A stretch of DNA of 64,000 bases, taken from an uncultured Gammaproteobacteria bacterium (lineage in GTDB: Bacteria > Patescibacteriota > Patescibacteriia > JAHIZJ01). Numbering within the stretch: position 1 is the stretch's first letter; each line of letters starts with the position of its first letter. Below, in pieces: positions 8,993 through 17,697 of the stretch. The translations under genes and the position numbers were made by a program. A model generated the notes under the pieces. The model searched no databases and had not been told where the DNA came from. It saw only the letters and a list, made by a program, of their open reading frames with translations. The stretch covers positions 97-64,096 of the forward strand of contig CAZQLY010000001.1 in NCBI GenBank assembly GCA_964594455.1. The letters run 5' to 3'.

Positions 8993-9094
8993 ACCGAATG
9001 TGTAGGAAAGACGTAAAAAAATACAATAGAATCAGCCAAAAAAAGGGAAAGACGGGACCCAACGGAGTTACCGTCGTTTATTTATTAAAAAGAC

Positions 9095-10711
9095 ATGAAA
9101 GACAATAATCCACAGGGTCTATCCACAATCGCGCTAGTATTAATCACAATAGTTGTGATCGCATCCGCGGGTTTGATTTGGTGGGAATTCAATAAACAGG
9201 AAACCGAAGAAGACAACGTGGTTATTAATAGCCAAACCAATACTACAGAAAATGTTAATTCTTCTGTTAATACCTCAGATTGGCTGACTTATACAAATGA
9301 TGAGTATGGGTATTCACTTAATTACCCAAGCACGTGGTTTATGGAAGAGCGAGTAATAACTTATGAAAATAATAATGTTGATCAGGCATATTGGTATATA
9401 AATATTACTCCCGAAAACCCAAGTCAGAGTGATATTCAAACACAGTTTGCCATCACTCTATTTAATGCCTTGTCAGACGAAGCACCTGATCAAACATTTC
9501 TACGCGTAACGGGTAAAGATATATCTAATCTGAATAAAGAAATAAAGAATGTTGATGGACTTGAAGGATATTATTACAAAGATGTGCCTGCACTTACTCC
9601 ATACAATATGATACTAATTGAAAAAGATAATTTGTTATTTTCTTTAGAACAAGGAGAAATTTCAGAAGACGATTATTTCGATATTATCGATAACGTTCAG
9701 TTTATAGATAGTAATGTAGATACTTCTAGTTGGTTGATTTACACGAATGAGGAGTATGGGTACTCTTTTGAGTATCCACAGAACTATCAAGTGAAGGAAT
9801 TAGTAAATGTTGATGTAGAGGGGTATGTGAATTTAAGTAATAATGATGCAAGTATGAGTTTATATGTCATGGACGGACCGCTTGATCCTATGCATATCCA
9901 AGGTATATATGGAGAAAGGACAGCCGATGAAATAACTACGGTATCTGTTAGTCTCCAAACGGGATATCAATATCGTGAAGGAGATGCGGGGTGTGGTGGA
10001 GATAACGTCCAAACATCATTAACGAATGGCATGATATTAAAGATACAGTTTACTGAATGTATGGATACAACAAATATCCTGTATTCAAATATTGCTTTGC
10101 GCAATCAAATCTTATCAACATTTGTATTTTTTGATAGTTCAGTTGACGTTAATTCCATGTTAAACTCTAACACTAATTCCAATACAAGCAGTAATACAAA
10201 TTCAAGTAATACTAATGAATCAGAAAGCACGGGAGATAAATCATCTGAACCAGAAGATGAAGATATTAATGATTCGTCCTGGTCCGTCTATGAAAATGAT
10301 TTGAGGAAATTTAGGATACAGTATCCCGGTGGCTGGGAGGCTGTTGAGTATCAGGATTATACAGTGGGGTTTCAGCCAGAGGGGTGCTCGTATTATGAAA
10401 CTTATCCAAGCGATACAGCTTATCCGATTCATATTTCGTATAGTACGGATCATAAATCAATCCAATCTATTTTAAAAAACCACCCCACAGATTACTATGA
10501 TAAATATGAACTTGGCAACGTTACTGGTTATGGTATATACGAAGATTATGATGATATTGAACAGGTTTATGCACCGGTGCCCGCAAGCCGAACAGTATTT
10601 ATACAAGGGCAGTATTATGTCGAGACCGAGGATGATTGTACAATGGACAAGGAATATTTTCGTAATACATATTTATCTATGTTAGAGACATTTGAAGTCA
10701 TTGAGGATTAA
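9095..10711 (+). CDS. membrane-anchored exported protein with N/S/T-rich linkers and two copies of a conserved W..Y.N.EYG(Y/F)S..YP module
   Basis: 538 aa. N-terminal TM helix. Repeats DTSDWLTYTNDEYGYSLNYP and DTSSWLIYTNEEYGYSFEYP. Low-complexity SNTNSNTSSNTNSSNTNESE. Confidence 0.55.
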   Translation: MKDNNPQGLSTIALVLITIVVIASAGLIWWEFNKQETEEDNVVINSQTNTTENVNSSVNTSDWLTYTNDEYGYSLNYPSTWFMEERVITYENNNVDQAYWYINITPENPSQSDIQTQFAITLFNALSDEAPDQTFLRVTGKDISNLNKEIKNVDGLEGYYYKDVPALTPYNMILIEKDNLLFSLEQGEISEDDYFDIIDNVQFIDSNVDTSSWLIYTNEEYGYSFEYPQNYQVKELVNVDVEGYVNLSNNDASMSLYVMDGPLDPMHIQGIYGERTADEITTVSVSLQTGYQYREGDAGCGGDNVQTSLTNGMILKIQFTECMDTTNILYSNIALRNQILSTFVFFDSSVDVNSMLNSNTNSNTSSNTNSSNTNESESTGDKSSEPEDEDINDSSWSVYENDLRKFRIQYPGGWEAVEYQDYTVGFQPEGCSYYETYPSDTAYPIHISYSTDHKSIQSILKNHPTDYYDKYELGNVTGYGIYEDYDDIEQVYAPVPASRTVFIQGQYYVETEDDCTMDKEYFRNTYLSMLETFEVIED

Positions 10712-10750
10712 TATAATGATCAATTATTCAATAAATAAGGTATAAAAACC

Positions 10751-11500
10751 ATGGTAGAAAACATTAACCAATCATCACCCAAAGGTAATAAAACAGGCCT
10801 AATCATCCTAATCCTGGCTGCTGTCATTGTAATCGCTGGAGGTTTATGGTACGCCTTGGCTGGAACTGATGAAAATACCAACAATGAAAATAATACCAAC
10901 ACTGTAGCCAATGAGAATGCAAACACGAATGTTAATACCAACACTGCAGCAAACACCAACGCAGAAACAAATTCCAATACCAATACTGCAACCAACACCA
11001 ATTCCTCTGTGGATACTTCTGATTGGCTGACTTATACGAATGAGGAGTATGGGTTTAGTTTTAAATATCCACAGGATTGGAAGCAAGAATATATATTTGA
11101 AAACGATAGTACGAAAACTGTATATGAGAAACCGCTTCAATATTCACTTATTACAAGTGCTGATGGAAATTATGAGCTTGTATTGGGTGTAAAACGTACA
11201 AACGATAAGGGAACAATTTACTATAGAACTGGTATTGGCGCAGGAGACATCAGTGAAGGTGATCCAATAATAATTATGAATACGAGCATAAGTACATGGA
11301 AGCGCGTTTTTGAGGACAAAGTTGTAGAAATTTTCCTTTTTCCAGTTGAAGAGGGAGTTTCACCAAACATAATAAACAATCACGAAGTGATAGCTAGCTT
11401 TAGTATAGTGAATAGTGATACCTTAAATTCACCTAATCTGGTTGATACTAACGAGTATAGAATAGTGCTTTCAATACTACAGTCATTGGAAGTATCATGA
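10751..11500 (+). CDS. paralog of the 9095 family (TM anchor, NTNT-rich linker, W-module)
   Basis: 249 aa. Module VDTSDWLTYTNEEYGFSFKYPQDW. Confidence 0.55.
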   Translation: MVENINQSSPKGNKTGLIILILAAVIVIAGGLWYALAGTDENTNNENNTNTVANENANTNVNTNTAANTNAETNSNTNTATNTNSSVDTSDWLTYTNEEYGFSFKYPQDWKQEYIFENDSTKTVYEKPLQYSLITSADGNYELVLGVKRTNDKGTIYYRTGIGAGDISEGDPIIIMNTSISTWKRVFEDKVVEIFLFPVEEGVSPNIINNHEVIASFSIVNSDTLNSPNLVDTNEYRIVLSILQSLEVS

Positions 11501-11583
11501 GGACCCTCTTATTAGCTAGATAGATATACTATCTAGCTAATTTGGAGGCTTTGTTCTTTCACAACCAAAAAAGGAGTCTTACG

Positions 11584-12162
11584 ATGAAAGGGACTCTGTT
11601 TATTCTAGGGTTGCTGGTCCTGGTACTTTGTTTTCCGGTACCATCAATGGCTGGTGATGAGTCGTGTTGTGGACATTCATCTCCAGGTAACCCTTACCTT
11701 TGCTATGGAGATGGAAATTGTACCTGGTGGGCGTGGCACTGCCGTCAAGATCTACCAGCATGGAGTGGTAATGCTGCAACTTGGCTAGCTAATGCTGAAA
11801 ACGATGACATCGACACTGGAACGACACCACTAGTGGGAAGCATCGCTTGTTTCCCAAATATGGCCGGAGGTGCAGGACACGTTGCCTGTGTTACAGCAGT
11901 ACACCTCGACGGTTCATTTGATGTAACGGAAATGAATTGTTGGCCAGGGTTTAATGGTGTTGATGCAAGGCTCTACTCATCGGGAAGCGCTACAGGCTTC
12001 ATCTACGGCGGCCCGGTCAACATGTATAGTCTCACCTACGCCGGTCAGTCTCCGACAGATCCATCCGGGATTCTGAAGCTCCGTCCTCTGGAGACCGTGA
12101 ACTGCTGGCTGGATGTGAATGTATTGAGCGGTAGTGCCCCGATCTCCAGCATGATACAATAA
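11584..12162 (+). CDS. secreted CHAP-domain amidase/peptidase (peptidoglycan hydrolase)
   Basis: RBS AAAAGGAG upstream. Signal peptide. CHAP catalytic Cys context GNCTWWAWHCRQD and His GAGHVACVTAV. High G+C. Confidence 0.65.
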   Translation: MKGTLFILGLLVLVLCFPVPSMAGDESCCGHSSPGNPYLCYGDGNCTWWAWHCRQDLPAWSGNAATWLANAENDDIDTGTTPLVGSIACFPNMAGGAGHVACVTAVHLDGSFDVTEMNCWPGFNGVDARLYSSGSATGFIYGGPVNMYSLTYAGQSPTDPSGILKLRPLETVNCWLDVNVLSGSAPISSMIQ

Positions 12163-12282
12163 CTCTGTGCACAACTCCTCTTGACCCTTAATTCTCTAAG
12201 ATTTAACATTAAAGTATATGAGAAAGACGGGTCTCAAGAGAGTTCCGTTTTATTTATTTAATAAAGTTATTAAGAAACACCT

Positions 12283-12984
12283 ATGAACAACCTAAACCAA
12301 AAAGGGTTATCAACAACAACTTTAACTATTATTATCCTGGCAATTATTATTATTGCCGGAGGTTTATGGTACGCTCTTTCCGGAACCAATGACAATACCA
12401 ACAATTCTAATAACACCAACACTGTAGCAAATGGGAATGCAAACATGAATGTGAATACCAGCACTGCGGTAAACACCAACACAGAAACAAATTCCAATAC
12501 TAATACTTCAACCAACACCAATTCGTCTGTTGATACTTCGGATTGGGAACTATACGTTAACTCTAATCATAATTTTAGCCTAAAATTTCCCAGAGACTGG
12601 GGGTTTATCAGTGAATTTGATGGTAGTTTTAATCCTGATATTTTGAGCGCATCCTATATGACAACAAGTTCGTTTGTTACGGGTACAGAAGATTCTGGAC
12701 TAATGTTGTCATTTACATTTGGCAGTGGTAAAACGATAAACGATATATTGAATGAGGTTCATACGACCTCTGAAGGAAGTAGCAAACTGGTTATAAGTCA
12801 TAAAGAAGTAACTTTATCCTCAGGTACATCTACTACAGTGGTTAAATACGATCCTACGATAAAAGGACATACAACAGAGTATTTGTTTCAAACTGACTCT
12901 GGTGTGATTGCATTGGGTCTTTTATCAGAGAACGATGAAACTGTTATGGTTTTGAATACCTTTTTATTGGTTAGTAACCCATAA
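12283..12984 (+). CDS. paralog of the 9095/10751 family
   Basis: 233 aa. N-terminus and linker nearly identical at the DNA level to the 10751 gene. Module VDTSDWELYVNSNHNFSLKFPRDW. Confidence 0.55.
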   Translation: MNNLNQKGLSTTTLTIIILAIIIIAGGLWYALSGTNDNTNNSNNTNTVANGNANMNVNTSTAVNTNTETNSNTNTSTNTNSSVDTSDWELYVNSNHNFSLKFPRDWGFISEFDGSFNPDILSASYMTTSSFVTGTEDSGLMLSFTFGSGKTINDILNEVHTTSEGSSKLVISHKEVTLSSGTSTTVVKYDPTIKGHTTEYLFQTDSGVIALGLLSENDETVMVLNTFLLVSNP

Positions 12985-13063
12985 AGCGATTCATATCGTT
13001 TTATGTATGTATAGAGCTCATTAACAATTAGCCCGTAGAAGAGCAACAGGAAAGGAGAGAATC

Positions 13064-15379
13064 ATGAAGTGGTTTATTTTCGCAGGCGTTATTATGGGTT
13101 CGTTATTCGTTGGAATCCAGGAATGCAGTGGTTACGCTTGTCCATTGATTGAGATGGAGCTTGTTCAGGGGTTTGGTGGCACGCACGTAGGTGCAGATTA
13201 CGATGCAGATGCTGGTGACCACGTCTATGCCCTTGCTGATGGTAGGGTGTGCTTCTACAAAAGTGATGCAAGTTGTATGGGGGGAGGTAATGGCAAGGAC
13301 TGTGATTGTGTGGATGGGGAAGTAATCTTTGTTCGTCATCAAAAACCCAGTGGGACCTACTTCATCGCGATGTATGGTCATATTAAGAACGTCCCGTCTG
13401 AATTTGCTGCAATCACGCAATACACTGAGAGTGGGCCCATTGTAGAAGCAGGGGAACAGATTGCTGAGATTGGTGTTTATGCTCCTTGTAGGGACTGTAG
13501 TCCTCGTTGCGATCACCTTCATCTGGGGATCTGGGATAGCGAAAACCAAATGCCATCTAGTGGATGGGGATATGGTAATGCATGCTATAAAAATCCTTCA
13601 GGTTGCTGGGTTGCTCCTGAGTCATTTCTAGGAACCTGTACTGATCCTCAGGTCCTCACCTTCCTTACTTCTTTCGTCGACTTCACTGTCCAGGAAGAAG
13701 GACCGTACTTTCCCAACCAGGTGATTCATTGCACTATGAGATGGAAGAATGAGGGAAGTGCCACTTGGTCAAGCACTCCGGGTGACAACTACGTTGAATT
13801 GGGTTCGTGTAACATCAACCAGAACATCGTACCTAGCTGGCTCTATGATTCTAGCTTGGGTTGGATCAGCAACTTGGTGCCGTGTACATTCGATGGAGAC
13901 GATGTCGGCCCAGGCGAGACTGCGACATTTGCTTTCCCTGGCAAGATTCCGAGTGATGCTCAAGCAGGACAGACGCCGGTTTACTTCGGCGCTGTCTACG
14001 ATGCGGCTATCATGGAGGAATGGGAAGGTAACGGTATCACTCTGACAATCGTCGAAACTCAGCCTGCCCCTGAAAACACCCCTGACGTCGTTCGGCTGAG
14101 GCCGGATGGAGAAGGGGGGTGTGATTTCCGGGTAGCAGCCAGTGATGGAGATGATGCCTACGACTATGGTTCCTGGCTGGCCATTGATTGGATGCCGGAT
14201 ACCTGGTTTGTGGCAGATGTGCACAACGATGGTCTGGATGATCTGGTCTTGGTCCGGGGCGATGACATCTACGTGTCTAAGTCCTATGACGACCATTTCC
14301 GAGACTCGCCATTGCTCTGGAAGTCCAATTGGGGCAATCCGTCCGGCACCTACGGCTATCTGCCGTGGATGTACTACGGAGACAGCCGGGTTGATCTGAT
14401 CCATTACCGGGCAGTCAGCGCCACCCAGGTCAGATGGTGGGGACTGAAGTCGATGGACACCTACTATTCGGATTTGGGTGTGTTGGTCAGCAATGCTGGC
14501 AACCAGAGTGATTACTTTTTCAGCGTTGGTTCATTCCATGGGCAACGCCGGGAGGATATCATCTTTGGCCGGAGACTTTCTGGGTCAAACCAGCTGCACT
14601 ACCGGGTCAGTGAGCAGATTACGGATGGCAGTTTCCAGGATAACGGATGGTGGGATGGCAATTTCGGGTTCTACTATTCTCGCATCCTGGTGGCTGACAT
14701 TGACGGCGATGACTATGACGATCTGGTGGGCGTGACTCATCAGGGCAGCGATGTCATGCGGGTAACCTGGGGCCGGAATACTCACAGCGAATCGTTCACT
14801 TATGGTTCTCTTCTGAGTTCCGACTTTGGCAACGGTGACAGCCAGTACTTCATTGCTGACGTTGACCAAGATGGCCACGATGATCTCATCTATGTCGGTG
14901 GCAACGGCAATATCTATTGGGCCAGGACCTATCACGATGGATCCGCCTGGAGACTTTCTTCTCGAAACACCTGGATCAACTACTTTGCCCAGGGATCGGC
15001 TGATGAGTTCAGGTTCGGCAACGTGACCGATCAGATCCCAAGCGGTCAGGGCAGGTTTACTCCTGAGAATCCGGGAGTGAGCTTGAAGGAAGTGGCGACA
15101 ACCACTCAGCCGGGTGTTTCCAGACTGCAGCTGTCAGCTTCACCCAACCCCACCAACCTCTCCACGGTCATTGCCTATGCCTTGCCGCAAGCCGGCCAGG
15201 TGAATCTGAGTGTCTACAACGTGGCTGGACGTTTGGTCAAGACGTTGGTCGACTGCCGACAGCCAGCGGGCGAGTACAGCGTTACTTGGGACTCAAAGCA
15301 GGAGGACTTTGGGATCTACTTCTGCCGCCTCAGCTTGGGGAACGATCTTTCCTCTCGGAAAATCGTTCTGCTGAAGTGA
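13064..15379 (+). CDS. secreted multidomain protein: N-terminal M23 peptidase, FG-GAP/VCBS-like repeats, C-terminal T9SS-type (Por_Secre_tail / FlgD-Ig-like) sorting domain
   Basis: RBS AAAGGAGAG upstream. M23 motifs HVGADYD and HLHLGIWD. Repeats D.H/D.DG.DDL(V/I). C-terminus ...NVAGRLVKTLVD...YSVTWDS...GIYFCRLSLGN...KIVLLK matches the T9SS CTD consensus. About 57% G+C. Confidence 0.7.
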   Translation: MKWFIFAGVIMGSLFVGIQECSGYACPLIEMELVQGFGGTHVGADYDADAGDHVYALADGRVCFYKSDASCMGGGNGKDCDCVDGEVIFVRHQKPSGTYFIAMYGHIKNVPSEFAAITQYTESGPIVEAGEQIAEIGVYAPCRDCSPRCDHLHLGIWDSENQMPSSGWGYGNACYKNPSGCWVAPESFLGTCTDPQVLTFLTSFVDFTVQEEGPYFPNQVIHCTMRWKNEGSATWSSTPGDNYVELGSCNINQNIVPSWLYDSSLGWISNLVPCTFDGDDVGPGETATFAFPGKIPSDAQAGQTPVYFGAVYDAAIMEEWEGNGITLTIVETQPAPENTPDVVRLRPDGEGGCDFRVAASDGDDAYDYGSWLAIDWMPDTWFVADVHNDGLDDLVLVRGDDIYVSKSYDDHFRDSPLLWKSNWGNPSGTYGYLPWMYYGDSRVDLIHYRAVSATQVRWWGLKSMDTYYSDLGVLVSNAGNQSDYFFSVGSFHGQRREDIIFGRRLSGSNQLHYRVSEQITDGSFQDNGWWDGNFGFYYSRILVADIDGDDYDDLVGVTHQGSDVMRVTWGRNTHSESFTYGSLLSSDFGNGDSQYFIADVDQDGHDDLIYVGGNGNIYWARTYHDGSAWRLSSRNTWINYFAQGSADEFRFGNVTDQIPSGQGRFTPENPGVSLKEVATTTQPGVSRLQLSASPNPTNLSTVIAYALPQAGQVNLSVYNVAGRLVKTLVDCRQPAGEYSVTWDSKQEDFGIYFCRLSLGNDLSSRKIVLLK

Positions 15380-15506
15380 GGACGGTGCTTAGCTTTTTTA
15401 CGCATATTGACGGGATATGTACGGGTATCTTGTTATTATGCAAGTGCCCGTATTTTTTTCTATGCGGCTTTTATTGTATTAAAAAACATGCTATACTATT
15501 AGCGTT

Positions 15507-16415
15507 ATGATGTATGTTTTGTCCATATTAATAAGGAAATTCGTCAGGGACGTGATTTTGATTCTTGTTATAAGTGCGTTGATAATTACGTACTTTGTTT
15601 TTTATACTAATGTTCATCCGGAGCAGATTGTAGATGAGAGAGACCCCAGCTATGTAAATCTGGATGATTTTGAGAATGTGAATTTTACCAGCACGGTTGA
15701 TGAAAAGATTCTTAAAGGCTGGTTCATCCCGGCGGATCGAAAATCGCGCGAAGATCCCAGGCCGACCATTATAGTAATGCATGGCTATGGATTGTCTAAG
15801 TCGCATTCTCTAGACTGGAGTTACTATTTGGCTGAGGATTATAATCTGTTTCTTTTTGACTTCCGAGGGCATGGCGCCAGCGAGGGTACGGTCACAACAT
15901 TTGGCAACAAAGAAACCAGAGATCTCTTGGGCGCTATTGAGTATTTGAAAACCAGGGATGATATCGATACTACTCGCTATGGCTTGTTGGGATACTCTTT
16001 GGGTGCCAGCACAGCGGTCATTTCAGCTCAGATTACAGCTGATATAAAAGCCGTAGTGGCTGACAGCCCCTATGCTTATTTGACCGATGAAATGGACCGC
16101 TTATATGAGGATTATTGGATATTCCAGAAACCCTTATCTTGGCTGACAGGTCTCTGGGCGCGCGTTCTCATCCGAACCAATCCGTCGGACGTAACTCCGG
16201 CCGAGAGCATCAAATATACAACAGCTCCGATGCTGTTGATGGGAGCAGAAGATGACTCTGAAGATGCTGGCAATAGCGCTCAACGTATATATGACAATGC
16301 CCTGTCTGAGAATTCAGCCCTCTGGACAGTGCCAGGCAATCATATGTCGTTATTTGGCACTCACCGGGAAGAATACAAACAAAAGGTCCAAGATTTCTTT
16401 GATGCGAATTTATAG
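15507..16415 (+). CDS. alpha/beta hydrolase (S9/dienelactone-hydrolase-like), membrane anchored
   Basis: Nucleophile elbow GYSLGAS. HGYG oxyanion region. N-terminal TM. Confidence 0.6.
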   Translation: MMYVLSILIRKFVRDVILILVISALIITYFVFYTNVHPEQIVDERDPSYVNLDDFENVNFTSTVDEKILKGWFIPADRKSREDPRPTIIVMHGYGLSKSHSLDWSYYLAEDYNLFLFDFRGHGASEGTVTTFGNKETRDLLGAIEYLKTRDDIDTTRYGLLGYSLGASTAVISAQITADIKAVVADSPYAYLTDEMDRLYEDYWIFQKPLSWLTGLWARVLIRTNPSDVTPAESIKYTTAPMLLMGAEDDSEDAGNSAQRIYDNALSENSALWTVPGNHMSLFGTHREEYKQKVQDFFDANL

Positions 16416-16443
16416 TATAGCCTAGTTGTTATCGGAGGTATTT

Positions 16444-17679
16444 ATGCCCAGTTCAGGGCATTTTTATATTATCGGGAAATATGGTATAATCACTGACGTG
16501 GATAACAAAACAATTCGAAATATTTCTCTGAAAGGGAAACGCGTTTTGTATCGCGTAGCCTACGACGTTCCGCTGACAAAGAAAGGCGGCCAATATGTGG
16601 TTCAAGATGATACCCGAATCCAGGCCTCTATCCCAACTCTGCAGTATTTACTGAAAAATAATTGTCGGATTGTTATATTAACTTGGTTGGGCAGGCCAGG
16701 AGGACGGCGTCAAAAGAAATACCAACTTGATCCAGTAGCCAAACGCCTGTCTCGACTTATAAAAAAGCCTGTTGTTAAGTTGAATGATTGTGTTGGGACT
16801 CGAGTAAAAAAGCGTGTTTTAAATATGAAACCCGGAGAGGTAATCCTGCTTGAGAACGTTCGTTTTCATAAAGAAGAAGACAAAAAAGATGTCAGGTTTA
16901 TGAAACAGCTGGCTGAGTTGGGAGAGATCCAGATTTTTGATGCTTTTGCTCAAGCTCATCGGGATGTTGCTTCAATCATGGGGCCGCAGCGTTATTTGCC
17001 CACTGTGCCGGGGTTCATTTTAGAAAAAGAAATCAGCCATCTGGGCCAATTAATCAAAAAGCCTAAACGTCTTTTTGTAGCTGTCATCGGCGGAGCCAAA
17101 ATAGAAGATAAAGTGGCTTTGTTGGAACAGCTTCTGAAAAAAGCCGACTCTGTGCTGATGGGTGGTGTTTCAGCTAACGCGTTATTGCAGGCTAGGGGTC
17201 ATTTTGTCGGTAAATCAAAAATAGACTCCCAGGCGATTAGGGTGACTAAACGCATTAAACTGAGAAGTCCTAAACTCATACTGCCGATTGATTTCGTTAC
17301 AGCTCAAGGTATTGGAAAAAAGTATCCAACCCAAGTTAAAGCGATAGATGACATTGAGGCCAATGATTATTTGTTTGATATCGGACCCAGGTCAATAAAA
17401 CAGTACTCTTCAATAATTAAAAAAGCTCGAACGGTGTTGTGGAGCGGACCGCTGGGATATTTTGAAATGCCACAGTTTAGCCAGGGCACTTATCAAGTCG
17501 CCCGAGCTATCGCTCGAACCAAAGGCCAGACGATTGCTGGCGGAGGAGACACTGAAGCGGCATTGGAGCTTTCTGGTGTGGAGAAGAAGATTGATTTTGT
17601 TTCTACCGGCGGCGGCGCCATGCTGGAGTATTTATCAGGTAAAAAATTAGTAGGTTTAAAATTTTTAAATAATAAATAA
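16444..17679 (+). CDS. pgk: phosphoglycerate kinase
   Basis: ORF track gives 16426; ATG 16444 with GGAGGT RBS is preferred. Motifs KRVLYRVAYDVPL and AGGGDTEAAL. Confidence 0.9.
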   Translation: MPSSGHFYIIGKYGIITDVDNKTIRNISLKGKRVLYRVAYDVPLTKKGGQYVVQDDTRIQASIPTLQYLLKNNCRIVILTWLGRPGGRRQKKYQLDPVAKRLSRLIKKPVVKLNDCVGTRVKKRVLNMKPGEVILLENVRFHKEEDKKDVRFMKQLAELGEIQIFDAFAQAHRDVASIMGPQRYLPTVPGFILEKEISHLGQLIKKPKRLFVAVIGGAKIEDKVALLEQLLKKADSVLMGGVSANALLQARGHFVGKSKIDSQAIRVTKRIKLRSPKLILPIDFVTAQGIGKKYPTQVKAIDDIEANDYLFDIGPRSIKQYSSIIKKARTVLWSGPLGYFEMPQFSQGTYQVARAIARTKGQTIAGGGDTEAALELSGVEKKIDFVSTGGGAMLEYLSGKKLVGLKFLNNK

Positions 17680-17697
17680 TTCTTTTTCGGAGGAACT

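Noticed and set aside
10720-11140. Hydrophobic-looking minus-strand ORFs (93 and 98 aa), plus the similar one at 12270-12521
   Set aside because: They are the reverse translation of the AAT/ACC-rich (Asn/Thr) linker coding DNA, giving V/L/F-rich artefacts. The duplication of the artefact merely reflects the DNA repeat.
9095-12540. NTNTNT low-complexity DNA as possible CRISPR or microsatellite
   Set aside because: Repeats are imperfect and in-frame within coding sequence (Asn/Thr linkers). There are no regular repeat-spacer units and no cas genes.
13103-14935. Several long ORFs on both strands (up to 211 aa) overlapping the 13064-15379 gene
   Set aside because: High-GC DNA produces long stop-free frames by chance. 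The main frame carries the M23, FG-GAP and CTD motifs. The others have none.
16426-16443. ORF-track start of pgk at 16426 (TTG)
   Set aside because: ATG at 16444 is preceded by GGAGGT at optimal spacing and matches the PGK N-terminal alignment. The upstream extension is not needed.
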